From Planctomycetaceae bacterium (GTDB lineage: Bacteria; Planctomycetota; Planctomycetia; Planctomycetales; Planctomycetaceae): a DNA stretch of 64,000 bases. Under the pieces are notes generated by a model. It was given only the letters and a program-made list of their open reading frames with translations. It had not been told where the DNA came from and made no database searches. Shown here piece after piece: positions 36,385-46,767 of the stretch (positions within the stretch are counted from its first letter, which is position 1; every line of letters begins with the position of its first letter). Both the position numbers and the translations under genes were made by a program. The stretch lies in NCBI GenBank assembly GCA_015485495.1, contig WFTL01000058.1:8379-72378 (forward strand). The letters run 5' to 3'.

Positions 36385-37476
36385 TCAGGAACCGGATTCC
36401 GACCGGCGTTGCTCCGATTTTCGTCGGGTCCGCAGACGACGACTCGCTTTTTTGAGCAGACGCCGTTCGGCCGGATTCAAAGCCGCTTCCCCCTTGCGGT
36501 GGATGATGTCGAGAATGGCATCGAGCTGTTCTTCCTGCTGGCGGCGGAGTTCGGCTTCACGGCGCCGCCGTTCAGATTCGCGCCGGGCCTGATGCCGGGC
36601 CATCATTCCGGAGCGGGCAATGAGTTCATCTGTATCGAAATCGCTGCCATCGCCATACGATTCGTGGAACGCCGAATCGTCATCGAAGGGACCCTGCCAT
36701 GCCGTTTCCGAGTCCGAATCGGAATCGATGGGAGCTTCCGATCGGTGAATGACGCGGATCTGAAGTTCGTTGAGATGCAGGATGAGGATGAAGCCGGAAA
36801 GCGCTGCCAGAGTGCTCTGATCGAAAACGAATCCCGTCATCAGCCCCAGAAATCCGAAGACCAGTCCCAGACGCAGCATGATGTCGCTGACTTCGTAAAC
36901 ATCACGCCGTTCCGCGAGAAAACCGCGCAAAAGGCGTCCTCCATCGAAAGGGATCACCGGAAGCAGGCTGGCGGCGACGATCAAAGACGAAGCGAAACAC
37001 GTCATCCGCAGGATGGTCACACCGAAGGGGGCTTCCGGAAGGAGGCGGAATCCCTGCAGGAGCATCAGAGGATCCAGCGGGCTGCCGAGCTGTCTGAGCT
37101 GAAAGGCACAGACGGCAGCCGTGATGAAACAGACAATCGGACCGGCAAGCTGAATCTGTGCCTGGACGGGGAATTCGGCATTCCGGCCGTGGTTCGTCAG
37201 TCCCCCCAGAGGCCACAGGACGACAGTCGATGGACCATGTCCTGTGGCGCGGGCGACGAACACCTGAGCGATCTGGTGCAAAAGAACGCATCCGGAAAGG
37301 ATGCCCCCGGCCAGAAGTCCATACGGCAGACTGCCCAGCCGCCACATGACGGCCAGAATGGCCGCGGGCAGGAGCACACTGATGCGGATCCGGATTCCGC
37401 GAACGGAACCCAGAGGCAGAGAAAAGCCGGGAATACTGCCGGAAGCGTCCATCACAGCGGAATTGTAGTCCGCCAT
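36385..37476 (-). CDS. site-2 protease (peptidase M50) family homologue lacking the HExxH motif, with a basic coiled C-terminal tail
   Basis: It has a multi-TM M50-like core and a conserved LPVIPFDGGRLLRG (LDG-type) block. The position of HExxH reads HQIAQ (nt 37264-37278). The C-terminal segment LDAILDIIHRKGEAALNPAERRLLKKAS resembles a motif I recall from planctomycete rhomboid/S2P tails. Confidence 0.75.
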   Translation of the reverse strand: MADYNSAVMDASGSIPGFSLPLGSVRGIRIRISVLLPAAILAVMWRLGSLPYGLLAGGILSGCVLLHQIAQVFVARATGHGPSTVVLWPLGGLTNHGRNAEFPVQAQIQLAGPIVCFITAAVCAFQLRQLGSPLDPLMLLQGFRLLPEAPFGVTILRMTCFASSLIVAASLLPVIPFDGGRLLRGFLAERRDVYEVSDIMLRLGLVFGFLGLMTGFVFDQSTLAALSGFILILHLNELQIRVIHRSEAPIDSDSDSETAWQGPFDDDSAFHESYGDGSDFDTDELIARSGMMARHQARRESERRRREAELRRQQEEQLDAILDIIHRKGEAALNPAERRLLKKASRRLRTRRKSEQRRSESGS

Positions 37477-37575
37477 GTTCCGGGAAAAAAAGGGTCGATT
37501 GGTGAAATTTCCCGTCGGCCAGGCGGCGGCGTAACGATTCCGGCCGTAGACCGCTCCGGACCGACAGCAGCCGAG

Positions 37576-39480
37576 TCAGGGAACAGCCGTCACGATGCGG
37601 TCTGCCAGCCGGTTTGAGCGACCCGATTTCCGGTGGCTGCGGGAAACATCCTGTTCACCGGGCATCATATCCTGTTCCGGATCGGCCGCCACGACCACAA
37701 CGGTTTCGATGGTGAATGTCTGACCGGGGGCTGCGGCACCGCTGCCGGAAACTGCGGATGCGCGTTCGACCAGGACATCGCGGGACATGCGGGTTCCGTC
37801 CCGTCCGCGGCGAAATCCGTCGAACCACAGCACGCCTTCGTCCCGCATCTCACGACGCTCGCCGCGTGTCCGCTTTTCGTAGTGACGGGCGATGCGATTC
37901 ATTTCCGCCCGGGTCTGGGGAGTCACCGTACAGCGGCTGTAATAGACTTCCACGGACCCGGTCTGGTCATTGCGGGCCGGCGACCCGTCCGGGATGACGA
38001 TTCGAATGGCTGCTTCCGCTTTCGCTCCTCGATGGAGGCGGACAGGCGGAGTTCCGTCGTAACGGAAGGCCGCTTTCGCCGACGCCTTCCTCAGATGAAG
38101 GCGCAGAGCATTCACCGTCTGCCAGGTGGCACGCTGCCAGGAATCGTCCGGCGATTCGGACTCTTTCTGGTCACGGCGGATGCGCCGGGGCGACGACCTC
38201 GGCAGCGACTTGAGGACAACCAGCATCCCGGGATCGTTCATGAGCGGACCGAACAGGCCTGCGGACAGCAGGCGATCGGCACCGGATTCGCGGCCGGCGC
38301 TGAGCCGCACGAAGACGGCATGCCGCACATCCGCCCGGGGGAGAGTGGCGGCGAATCGCAGGAGCGGCAGTCGGTCATCGGCGATGACGTGTTCGGCAAC
38401 TGTACGACTCAGGTCCATTCCGCGAACGACGGCCGCTGCCTGTTCCGTTCGATCCAGCGGGATCACCACGCGGGGGGCCGTCGGCGGCGGCGTTGTTTTT
38501 TCAGCCGGACGCTTTGCCGGGCCGGATCCGGCATCTTTCCGACCGGTTCTGCTGCGCAGCAACAGGCCCGGCCCGCGTCCCAGAACCAGAGGCTGACCGA
38601 CCGTCTTCTGCTGCGGGGACTGCCGAGTTTCGTCGGGTTCTCCATTGCTGTTCAGCAGACCAAAAGTGGCTCGATTGACGTGTTCACTGAGTGCAGTGAG
38701 AACATTCAGGCTGTCCGCGGCCGGCCTGCCGGCTTCCACGACGGCAATCAGCAGGCTTTCTGCCATGAGGGGATTCAGGGACGGTCGGGAAAACAGTTCT
38801 TCGATGACTGCCCGGGCGTTTTCCGACTGGTTCAGCGGTGTGGTCTGCATGCCCGTGAGGATGGCTTCCAGCGTCTGCCAGGCAGGATCGGAATCGTTGA
38901 TCAGCAGGCTTTGCACGCAGGCACGTACGAGGTCGTCATCGTTCAGGTCTCCATCGCCAGGGCTGTGTTCGCCTGCATCGGCCGGACTTCCCTGCGGATT
39001 CGCCCCGGCGCCTGCCGGCTGCCGGGGCGGAGCGATTTTGGCAGCTGCGATATTCAGCCGCAGTCCTCTGCCTTTCTCTATGTCGCTGCCGGTCGCTCGC
39101 TGTTGCCGGGCTGCGGTGGGACCTGCCTGATGGCCCGTGCCACGACGATTCTGTTTCCGTTCGACGGGAGCCGATCCGGCGGGAACCACGGCTGTTTCCA
39201 GCAGTTCTCGAACCAGGGCCGCAAACTCAGCCGAGTCTTCGGTCCGGGCTCTGGCCGCCAGGGCTTCGGGAAAATGTCCGTGGCGCCGGCGCACGGCTTC
39301 CTTCAGGTGGTCGATCGTCCATTCATCCGGACTGGAAGGAAGCCGGATTCTGTCTGTTTCGCCGCTGGTATCCTTCGGGCGAGGAGTCTTCTGTTGACCG
39401 GTCTCCTGCCCAGGAGCAAACCGATCGGGCAGCAGCAACAGCAGCAGAACACAGGCCCTGATTCCGAAACGTCCGCACAT
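37576..39480 (-). CDS. secreted hypothetical protein
   Basis: The start is chosen at MCGRFGIRACVLLLLLLP, a signal peptide, because the longer ORF would overlap the sod gene. The 634-aa protein is A/R/P-rich and I recognised no family. Confidence 0.5.
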   Translation of the reverse strand: MCGRFGIRACVLLLLLLPDRFAPGQETGQQKTPRPKDTSGETDRIRLPSSPDEWTIDHLKEAVRRRHGHFPEALAARARTEDSAEFAALVRELLETAVVPAGSAPVERKQNRRGTGHQAGPTAARQQRATGSDIEKGRGLRLNIAAAKIAPPRQPAGAGANPQGSPADAGEHSPGDGDLNDDDLVRACVQSLLINDSDPAWQTLEAILTGMQTTPLNQSENARAVIEELFSRPSLNPLMAESLLIAVVEAGRPAADSLNVLTALSEHVNRATFGLLNSNGEPDETRQSPQQKTVGQPLVLGRGPGLLLRSRTGRKDAGSGPAKRPAEKTTPPPTAPRVVIPLDRTEQAAAVVRGMDLSRTVAEHVIADDRLPLLRFAATLPRADVRHAVFVRLSAGRESGADRLLSAGLFGPLMNDPGMLVVLKSLPRSSPRRIRRDQKESESPDDSWQRATWQTVNALRLHLRKASAKAAFRYDGTPPVRLHRGAKAEAAIRIVIPDGSPARNDQTGSVEVYYSRCTVTPQTRAEMNRIARHYEKRTRGERREMRDEGVLWFDGFRRGRDGTRMSRDVLVERASAVSGSGAAAPGQTFTIETVVVVAADPEQDMMPGEQDVSRSHRKSGRSNRLADRIVTAVP

Positions 39481-39596
39481 CGATGACTTCCCGTCGAACA
39501 AAGATCCGAAAAGCCGGTGAACCGTCCGTTTCGCACGCAGCCGGTTCGTTCGCCCGGCTCGCTCCGGAGCCGGACGAAGATCCGCACGCGCGTCCG

Positions 39597-40205
39597 TCAC
39601 GATCGGGCTTCCGCATACCGTCGTGACACTTCTTCCCAGTTCACGATATTCCAGAAGGCCGCAATGTAGTCCGGACGCCGGTTCTGATAGTGCAGGTAGT
39701 AAGCATGTTCCCACACGTCCAGGCCGAGAATCGGAGTGCGTCCGTCGGAAAGCGGCGTGTCCTGATTGGGAGTGCTTTCCACCACCAGACGGTCGCCATC
39801 CACGCTCAGCCAGGCCCAGCCGCTGCCGAATCGGGTGGCGGCGGCATTGCTGAACTGTTCCTTCAGAGAATCGAAACTTCCGAACGCGCTGTTGATGGCA
39901 TCCGCCAGGTCTCCCGTCGGAGTTCCGCCGCCATTGGGGGACAGAATCGTCCAGAACAGAGAGTGATTGGCATGACCGCCCCCGTTGTTCCGTACGGCTG
40001 TCTGGATGTCGGCAGGAACGTCAGCCAGGCTTCTCATGAGTTCCACGATGCATTTGTCGGCCAGGTCGGTGCCTTCCAGGGCCGCATTGACTTTATTGAT
40101 GTAGGCCTGGTGATGCTTTGTGTGATGAATTTCCATGGTCCGGGCATCGATGTGCGGTTCGAGAGCGTCGTAGGCCCAGGGCAGGTCGGGAAGAGAGTAC
40201 GCCAT
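39597..40205 (-). CDS. superoxide dismutase, Fe/Mn family
   Basis: [32 protein letters not shown] ... [10 protein letters not shown] ... [18 protein letters not shown]; all four metal ligands are present. The metal specificity is not called. Confidence 0.95.
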   Translation of the reverse strand: MAYSLPDLPWAYDALEPHIDARTMEIHHTKHHQAYINKVNAALEGTDLADKCIVELMRSLADVPADIQTAVRNNGGGHANHSLFWTILSPNGGGTPTGDLADAINSAFGSFDSLKEQFSNAAATRFGSGWAWLSVDGDRLVVESTPNQDTPLSDGRTPILGLDVWEHAYYLHYQNRRPDYIAAFWNIVNWEEVSRRYAEARS

Positions 40206-40560
40206 CAATCAGCTCCTTCGTGACAAAGTACGGCCGTTCGCAGCGGCCCGTCTCTTGAACTCAGTTTGCAGGATTGCCGGACGAAGCCGGCAGCCGGGCA
40301 CGATTCTAGGCATCCGGCCAGGTCGGTGAAATCAACGGGTTCGAAAAACCCGGTTTCCGGAGGAATCCGGCAGGTGACCGGCTGAAACGGCATGGCTGCA
40401 GGTGGAATCAGAAACCCGGGACGTTCCGCATCCGTTTTTTACTGAGCGACCGGAACCTGTGTCAGGCAGCCCGGATTCCGGGCGTCGGAACGGTCAGCAG
40501 GCGAGTTCGTCGGCCCGTGATCCTGATGGAAATCCGTTTTCCTGCCACTAGAATGTCCGC

Positions 40561-41346
40561 ATGTCTTCGTCCATTCTTGTTGCCATTCCCGTGTACAACG
40601 AGTCCGTTCACGTTGTGCAGGTGCTTGAACACGTCCGACAGCACGCCGAACACATTCTCGTGGTGGATGACGGTTCCACGGACGGGACATCGGAGCTGCT
40701 GGAGTCGATCGAAGGAATCCGGGTGGTTCGCCATCCGGAAAACCGGGGTTACGGAGCGGCCCTGAACACGTCGTTTCAGGAGGCGATCCGGGACGGGTTC
40801 GATGTTCTCGTCACGATGGACTGCGACGGACAGCATCAGCCCCGGCTGCTGCGGGCCATCGCAGAACAGATCGATGCCCCCGCAGCTCAGCGGGATGACA
40901 GGAAATGCGACATGGTGTCCGGGTCGCGCTACCTGCAGTCGTTTCCGGAAAACACGCGCGTGCCCGAAGAACGCCGCCGCATCAACCGGCAGATCACCGC
41001 CTGCCTGAATGAACAGCTCCATCTGGGCATCACGGACGCGTTCTGCGGATTCAAAGCCTACCGCGTGTCTTCCCTGGCCGATCTGGAAATCACAGTGCCC
41101 GGCTATGCGATGCCTCTGCAGTTGTGGGTCCAGGCGGCTGATCTGGGATGGACAATTCACGAATTTCCTGTTCCTCTTGTGTACACGGATGAAAACCGCA
41201 GTTTCGGCGGGGCACTGGACGAAGCGGAAGAGCGGCTGCGCTATTACCGCAGTGTGCTCAACGCCGAACTCATTCGCCGCGGCATGAAACAGCGATTCAC
41301 GTCCGACTGCGGGAAATCGCATCTGGCGACGCGGCCGGCGATCTGA
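40561..41346 (+). CDS. glycosyltransferase family 2 (polyprenyl-phosphate sugar transferase-like)
   Basis: AIPVYNE, VVDDGSTDGT, NRGYGAAL and the TMDCDGQH (DxD) blocks are present. Confidence 0.85.
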   Translation: MSSSILVAIPVYNESVHVVQVLEHVRQHAEHILVVDDGSTDGTSELLESIEGIRVVRHPENRGYGAALNTSFQEAIRDGFDVLVTMDCDGQHQPRLLRAIAEQIDAPAAQRDDRKCDMVSGSRYLQSFPENTRVPEERRRINRQITACLNEQLHLGITDAFCGFKAYRVSSLADLEITVPGYAMPLQLWVQAADLGWTIHEFPVPLVYTDENRSFGGALDEAEERLRYYRSVLNAELIRRGMKQRFTSDCGKSHLATRPAI

Positions 41347-41348
41347 CG

Positions 41349-41369
41349 GCCGGCTGGCGAACAGCCGGC
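41349..41369 (+). terminator. GC hairpin immediately after the GT2 stop codon (weak terminator candidate)
   Basis: An 8-bp perfect stem, gccggctg / cagccggc, has a 5-nt loop and begins 3 nt after the stop. No U-tract follows. Confidence 0.3.
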
Positions 41370-41549
41370 TGCCGACCGGATCGGACTGTCTCCGGGGCCG
41401 GACCGGCAGCAATCCAGGAGGCGTTCGGAATATCGGACGTTCGTGCTGCTGTGAGCGGTCCGCTTCCGGTGATTCCGTATTGGGGGGCGGTTCGGCGTTT
41501 TTTCACATCGCTGCTTTCTGCAGCGGCGGCCGGTTCCGGCTGTGTGACT

Positions 41550-43655
41550 TCAGTGTGGCGACTGCGGTGTGAACATGAGACGCTGGTGTTCCGCCGCATG
41601 TTCGGCGGCCCGGATCGCCTGCTGCTGCAGAACTTCCTGACTGCGAATCGTCTCCTGGTCTCCGGAGGGCACCACAGGGCGAAAACGTCCGTCGGGAAGA
41701 ATCTCTCTTGCCTTGACGTTGTCAGACAGGCAGGTTTCCAGAACGTCGATCGCTCTTTGTCGGCACTGTTCATTCAGCAGCGGAACCAGAAGTTCCACGC
41801 GGCGGTCCAGATTGCGAGGCATCAGGTCGGCGCTGGAAATGAACACCAGACGGTCTCCGCCGTGGAAGAAATAGTAGATGCGGGAATGTTCCAGGCAGCG
41901 GTCGATGATGCTGGTCACACGGATGCGGTCGCTGAGTCCGGGGACGCCGGGACGCAGACAGCAGATGCCGCGCACATTCAGTCGAATGTCCACGCCGGCC
42001 TGCGATGCGGTGTACAGCGCTTCGATCATTTCCGGGTCGGCCAGAGAATTGCACTTGGCCACGATCCTCGCTTCCCCGCCCTGGCGGGCCCGTTCTGTTT
42101 CCAGAGCGATCAGTTCCAGCAGTTTCTCCCGGAGTCCCACGGGAGCCGACACGAGGCTCTGCAGTTCGAGCATCTGGGAATAGCCGGTTACGGAATTGAA
42201 CCAGGCGACGGCGTCGCTGCCGAGCGTTTCATCGCACGTCATGTAACTGATGTCGGTATACAGCCGAGCCGTTTTTTCGTTGTAGTTCCCGGTGCCGAAA
42301 TGCACGTAGCGAACGAACCCCTGCGGTTCACGCCGCAGAACGATGCACGCCTTGGAATGCGTCTTCAGGCCGCGGACGCCGTAAATCACCTGAACTCCCG
42401 CATATTCCATTCGGCGGGCCCACTCGATGTTGCGGGCTTCATCGAAACGCGCCTTCAGTTCCACAATCACGGTGACGTTCTTGCCGTTTTCCGCTGCCCG
42501 CATGAGTGCTTCCACGATGGGACTGTTGCGGCTGACGCGGTACAGCGTCTGTTTGATGGCCAGAACATCCGGATCGTCCGCCGCTTCGCTGACCAGACGA
42601 ATCACGGGGTCGAACGATTCGTAGGGGTGAACGAGCAGAATGTCGCGGTCTGCGATGAGCTGGAAGATGGGAGTCCCCGGTTCGATGCCCGGTGTCGTCT
42701 GAGGCGTCCATTTCGGATACCGGTAGTCTCCAAAACCGCTCAGATCGGCCAGCTTCATGAAATCGGCGAATCCGGCCGGCCCGGGAATCACGAACACGTC
42801 GCGGTCGGAGACATTCAGCAGCTTTCTGAGAAAGGTCTGCAGCGGACGGGTGACCTGATCGGACAGTTCCAGCCGGACGCAGAAGCTGTCTTTGCGTTCG
42901 TCCAGGACGTCTTCCATTTCGGCAAGCAGATCGGCTCCTTCGTCTTCCCGCACACTCAGGTCGGCATTGCGGGTGATGCGGAACGGCACCGTGGCGATGA
43001 TGTCTTCACCGGGAAAGAACCGGTCGATGAACAGTTCCACGAGATCTTCGGCCAGCAGGAATTCGAATCCTTCGTCGGTCGGCAGAGCGATGAATCGTTC
43101 GTCCCACCGACCGAACGGGATCACGGCGTACCGAAACGGTTCGTCCGGGTCGTTCGAACTGAGCTGCACGGCGATGTTCAGGGTCCGTCCCTGCAGCAGC
43201 GGAAAAACGGCCGGATCGTGCACCGCGATCGGTGCCAGCATGGAAAACACCTGTTCGTTGAAGACACGTTCCACGAACGCCGACTGGGATTCTGTCAGTT
43301 CGTTTCCGCAGCGGCGCCGAATGCCGGCCTCTTCCAGTTCCGGAGTCAGCCGATTCAGAAAACATTCGTACAGGTCGTACATCATGGAATCGACCCGGGC
43401 GGCCACCGCGGCAAGCTGTTCTTCGGGCGTCATTCCGGATGGGTCGACGGATTCCGGGTCGGTCTGCCGGGCCGTTTTCAGACTGCCCACACGGACCATG
43501 AAGAATTCATCGAGATTCGATGCGGCAATCGCCAGAAACCGCAGGCGTTCCAGAAGCGGGACCGTCGGGTCCCGCCCTTCATCCAGCACCCGCTGATTGA
43601 ATTCCAGCCAGCTCAGTTCCCGATTGATGAATCGTTCCGACATGAACCTGTCCAT
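41550..43655 (-). CDS. ppk: polyphosphate kinase 1
   Basis: ERFINRELSWLEFNQRVLDEG ... PLLERLRFLAIAASNLDEFFMVRVG ... HFGTGNYN, 701 aa, collinear with PPK1. The start could instead be the MSERF ATG 12 nt downstream. Confidence 0.95.
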   Translation of the reverse strand: MDRFMSERFINRELSWLEFNQRVLDEGRDPTVPLLERLRFLAIAASNLDEFFMVRVGSLKTARQTDPESVDPSGMTPEEQLAAVAARVDSMMYDLYECFLNRLTPELEEAGIRRRCGNELTESQSAFVERVFNEQVFSMLAPIAVHDPAVFPLLQGRTLNIAVQLSSNDPDEPFRYAVIPFGRWDERFIALPTDEGFEFLLAEDLVELFIDRFFPGEDIIATVPFRITRNADLSVREDEGADLLAEMEDVLDERKDSFCVRLELSDQVTRPLQTFLRKLLNVSDRDVFVIPGPAGFADFMKLADLSGFGDYRYPKWTPQTTPGIEPGTPIFQLIADRDILLVHPYESFDPVIRLVSEAADDPDVLAIKQTLYRVSRNSPIVEALMRAAENGKNVTVIVELKARFDEARNIEWARRMEYAGVQVIYGVRGLKTHSKACIVLRREPQGFVRYVHFGTGNYNEKTARLYTDISYMTCDETLGSDAVAWFNSVTGYSQMLELQSLVSAPVGLREKLLELIALETERARQGGEARIVAKCNSLADPEMIEALYTASQAGVDIRLNVRGICCLRPGVPGLSDRIRVTSIIDRCLEHSRIYYFFHGGDRLVFISSADLMPRNLDRRVELLVPLLNEQCRQRAIDVLETCLSDNVKAREILPDGRFRPVVPSGDQETIRSQEVLQQQAIRAAEHAAEHQRLMFTPQSPH

Positions 43656-43741
43656 TGTGATGATCTGTCCCGCGATTCCGGGGCGACTGTCCGGAATCGG
43701 GAACAGGGAATCGATCTCACCCGAATCGTGTCAGCGGCCTG

Positions 43742-45346
43742 TCACGCCGGCTGATCGGCACGTCGCAGCAGAACCGTCATGCCCAGCACATCGCGCAGCA
43801 GTGCCGATTCCTGACGCAGAGCCTGCTGTTCCAGGGAAAGATCACCGGATGACGCCTGAGCCGTGATGATCAGACGCTGTTTTTCCACCTGACAGTCGAT
43901 CTCCTGAATCCGGCGGCTGCGTCCCTGATCCAGACTCACAGCCAGTCTCAGCAGTGCCGCCAGAATCGACACCGCCACACGGGATTCCCGCGGCAGCCGG
44001 GCATACGGTTCATGAGACGGCTTCGGAAACGCACGGCGATGGTACCGGGCCACCAGGGCCACGAGCTGGTGATCGAGTTCCCCCAGACCGAACAGTTCTC
44101 CGTGACTGATCAGATACCAGGAATGTTTGTGGTACGCATTCTGACTCACATACAGACCGATTTCATGCAGCAGAGCGGCCACATACAGAATCGTTTCGCA
44201 TCGCAGATCCATTCCATGAACGTCCTGCAGTCCCCGGAAAAGCTGTCGAGAGAGCTGCGCAACGTGTTCCACGTGAGTCAGATCGGCATGGTAGCGCCGG
44301 GCGAACTCGCGTCCGGCGCGAATCACCTGGTCGCAGAATTCTTCAGTCCATTCCGATGACCTCAGCAGGCTGCTGAGCAGGGCATTGCGCAGGCTGAACG
44401 GCGTGACAAGCACTTCATCCACGTTCAGCATGCGGGCTGCCAGAACATTCGTCATCAGAGCAGGGACAAGTGTTTCTGCCTGAGTCAGTTCCACATGGTA
44501 TCGCAGAGCAATCTGGTCGATGGACAGACTGCGCATGCTGCGGGTCAGGCGGGCCAGCTCTTCCAGAGGCAGACGGACGAAATCCGACTGACCGGGGTCA
44601 CGGTGGAGCTGGCGTGCGGCGAACCGGACATCGCCTCCCAGAGCCATCAGTCGGACATTTTCGTGCGGCGGGATGATTTCATGAATCTGTTCCAGAACCC
44701 GTTCGATCTGACCGGTCATGATGCTGACCGCCCGATCCGGCGCTGCATTCCAGGTTTTCAGCATCTGCTGCAGCCGCAGCGATCCCAGACGCCACGACTG
44801 CGAATGGAGAACATCCCTGCCTTTCAGGATGAGCACATCCGTGTTTCCGCCTCCGACTTCCATCAGCAGAGTCGTGGCGTTTCGGAGTTCTTCATGCGCC
44901 TGCAGCACCGGACGCATGGCCAGATAGGTGACACGGGCGATTTCCGCATCGTCGATGATTTCCACACTGAATCCGGTGGCTGTGTAGATGCGGTCCAGAA
45001 ACTGCAGCCGATTCTGGGCTTCCCGGACCGCACTGGTGGCCACCACCCGAATGTGTCTGCTTTCCGTACACTGATATTCTTCCAGCTTCCGCCGATACAG
45101 CCGCAGAACATCCACGCACTGTTCCTGCGTCTTCCGCTGGATTTCCCCCCGGGTGAACGTGTCCTTTCCCAGGCTGACGCCCTGAATGAGCTGCTCAACG
45201 GTACGCACGCTGCCGGCCCCGTCCGTGATGCCGATCGCCATCCGAATGGCCGACGTTCCCAGTTCGATCACGGCCAGTGGATACGTTCCTCCTCCCCGAG
45301 AATCGGTCACGGCGAATTCCGGAAACAGCGGTGGCTGCTGAGGCAT
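43742..45346 (-). CDS. ppx: exopolyphosphatase / Ppx-GppA family phosphatase with a C-terminal HD domain
   Basis: An ASKHA fold (AVIELGTSAIRMAIG ... MEVGGGNTD) is followed by an HD-type region (AALLHEIGLYVSQNAYHKHS). It lies directly upstream of ppk on the same strand with an 86-nt gap. Confidence 0.85.
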   Translation of the reverse strand: MPQQPPLFPEFAVTDSRGGGTYPLAVIELGTSAIRMAIGITDGAGSVRTVEQLIQGVSLGKDTFTRGEIQRKTQEQCVDVLRLYRRKLEEYQCTESRHIRVVATSAVREAQNRLQFLDRIYTATGFSVEIIDDAEIARVTYLAMRPVLQAHEELRNATTLLMEVGGGNTDVLILKGRDVLHSQSWRLGSLRLQQMLKTWNAAPDRAVSIMTGQIERVLEQIHEIIPPHENVRLMALGGDVRFAARQLHRDPGQSDFVRLPLEELARLTRSMRSLSIDQIALRYHVELTQAETLVPALMTNVLAARMLNVDEVLVTPFSLRNALLSSLLRSSEWTEEFCDQVIRAGREFARRYHADLTHVEHVAQLSRQLFRGLQDVHGMDLRCETILYVAALLHEIGLYVSQNAYHKHSWYLISHGELFGLGELDHQLVALVARYHRRAFPKPSHEPYARLPRESRVAVSILAALLRLAVSLDQGRSRRIQEIDCQVEKQRLIITAQASSGDLSLEQQALRQESALLRDVLGMTVLLRRADQPA

Positions 45347-45552
45347 GGAGATGCCTGTCGAAGAGGTTGGATGTGTTTTTCATGCCGTCCATCAGGACCG
45401 TCCGGGGCGAAAGACGGGCCGTCTTTCGCCCCGGACGTTTTCCGCGGAACTCCCGTCCCGCCCTGAATGGTTCAGTGTAGCCGTCTGCCGACATCGATGG
45501 TAACAGGGCCAATGCCCGATCGGCCGGCATCGGGCATCGGCCGGAGAACGCA

Positions 45553-46599
45553 TCAGATCGAACAGACCTGTCCCGATTCGATGCTGCGGGCCTCCGCATA
45601 GCAGATTTCCAGGGCATCCAGAGCGGTCCGGGCATCCAGAGCACCGGGTGACGCATTGCCTTCCAGACTGGCCGCCACCGTGCGGATTTCTTCTGTGAAG
45701 GCGGCGCACCAGCTGTCCGGGACGTCCAGATCCGGCTGAGAAATCGTGCCGTCGCTGTTCACCAGGGACAGAGGACGGTCCACGGTCCATTCGCCCGCGT
45801 ATGTTCCCGCTTCGAACAGCAGTGTGGCTCGTTCGAAATAGAATTCGAACCCGTGCATGAACTGGAGTCCGGAAGCGGCGATCCCGCCGCTGACAGCCGA
45901 TATGGCCGGACCACCGCCGTCCCAGCGATACACGGTATGAACATGATTCACGAAACCGTCCTGCAGCAGTCCCTGTGAAAACACGGAATCCGGACGTCCG
46001 CAGGCATACCTGATGAAGTGATTGTCATGGATGTGCAGATCAATTCCCCAGCCGCCCAGCCGGCGAAAGTCTGCCATATCGGCCGACCAGTCCGGGGGGC
46101 AGATCACCCGCCGCAGATGACCTCCCAGCAGTTTTCCGTATGTCTCCGAACGAATGGCCCTGGCGGCATATTCGAATTCCGGCATGAACGGCAGAACATG
46201 AGCAACAAACAGAGGCACTCCGGCAGCATCCGCGGCCGACACGATGTCCCGGGCGTCCTTCAGATCCACGCAGATCGGTTTTTCGACCAGCACCGGTTTC
46301 CCGGCAGCGACAGCCGCCAGAGCGACTTCCCGATGCTGATCGGTGGGCAGACAGATGTCCACGAGATCCACGTCAGGGTCCGCAATCAGCTCCCGGTAGT
46401 CCGTGTATCCGTGGACCCCCGACAGGTCGACGTGTCCGCCTGGCGGGCCGAAGTTTCCCTGAATCATGGTCCAGTCGCCGGCCAGCTTCCGGGGATTCCG
46501 CGTGCAGACAGCCGACACCTGCACGTTGCTCAGTGCCCGGATGGCTTCGAAATGGGTGTACCCCATGAATCCGATGCCCACGATTCCCACTCGAACCAT
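45553..46599 (-). CDS. Gfo/Idh/MocA family NAD(P)-dependent oxidoreductase
   Basis: The start is at MVRVGIVGIGFMGYTHFEA (Rossmann GxGxxG). An EKP motif (VLVEKPI) is present. Confidence 0.85.
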   Translation of the reverse strand: MVRVGIVGIGFMGYTHFEAIRALSNVQVSAVCTRNPRKLAGDWTMIQGNFGPPGGHVDLSGVHGYTDYRELIADPDVDLVDICLPTDQHREVALAAVAAGKPVLVEKPICVDLKDARDIVSAADAAGVPLFVAHVLPFMPEFEYAARAIRSETYGKLLGGHLRRVICPPDWSADMADFRRLGGWGIDLHIHDNHFIRYACGRPDSVFSQGLLQDGFVNHVHTVYRWDGGGPAISAVSGGIAASGLQFMHGFEFYFERATLLFEAGTYAGEWTVDRPLSLVNSDGTISQPDLDVPDSWCAAFTEEIRTVAASLEGNASPGALDARTALDALEICYAEARSIESGQVCSI

Positions 46600-46730
46600 C
46601 ACTTTTTCCTTTCCTGACGGACTACCGGTTGCGTGCCGCCCGGCGATGCTTCGGAGCATCCCCGGCCAGCGACCAGAAGTGCCTGTTCTGATTTCTCCCC
46701 GCCTGTCTTCCTAGGACCCCGACGCCCCCG

Positions 46731-46767
46731 GGAAACGGCACCGTTTCCGGAACACCGTTCGGAAACG
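46731..46767. promoter_or_regulatory. three-part element able to form two mutually exclusive hairpins
   Basis: ggaaacgg (46731-38), ca, ccgtttcc (46741-48), ggaacaccgttc, ggaaacg (46761-67). The middle arm can pair perfectly with either flank (8 bp or 7 bp). Confidence 0.3.

Noticed and set aside
41451-43754. A 767-aa plus-strand ORF.
   Set aside because: It is antisense to the unambiguous ppk1 gene and has a low-complexity R/H/G/F-rich translation.
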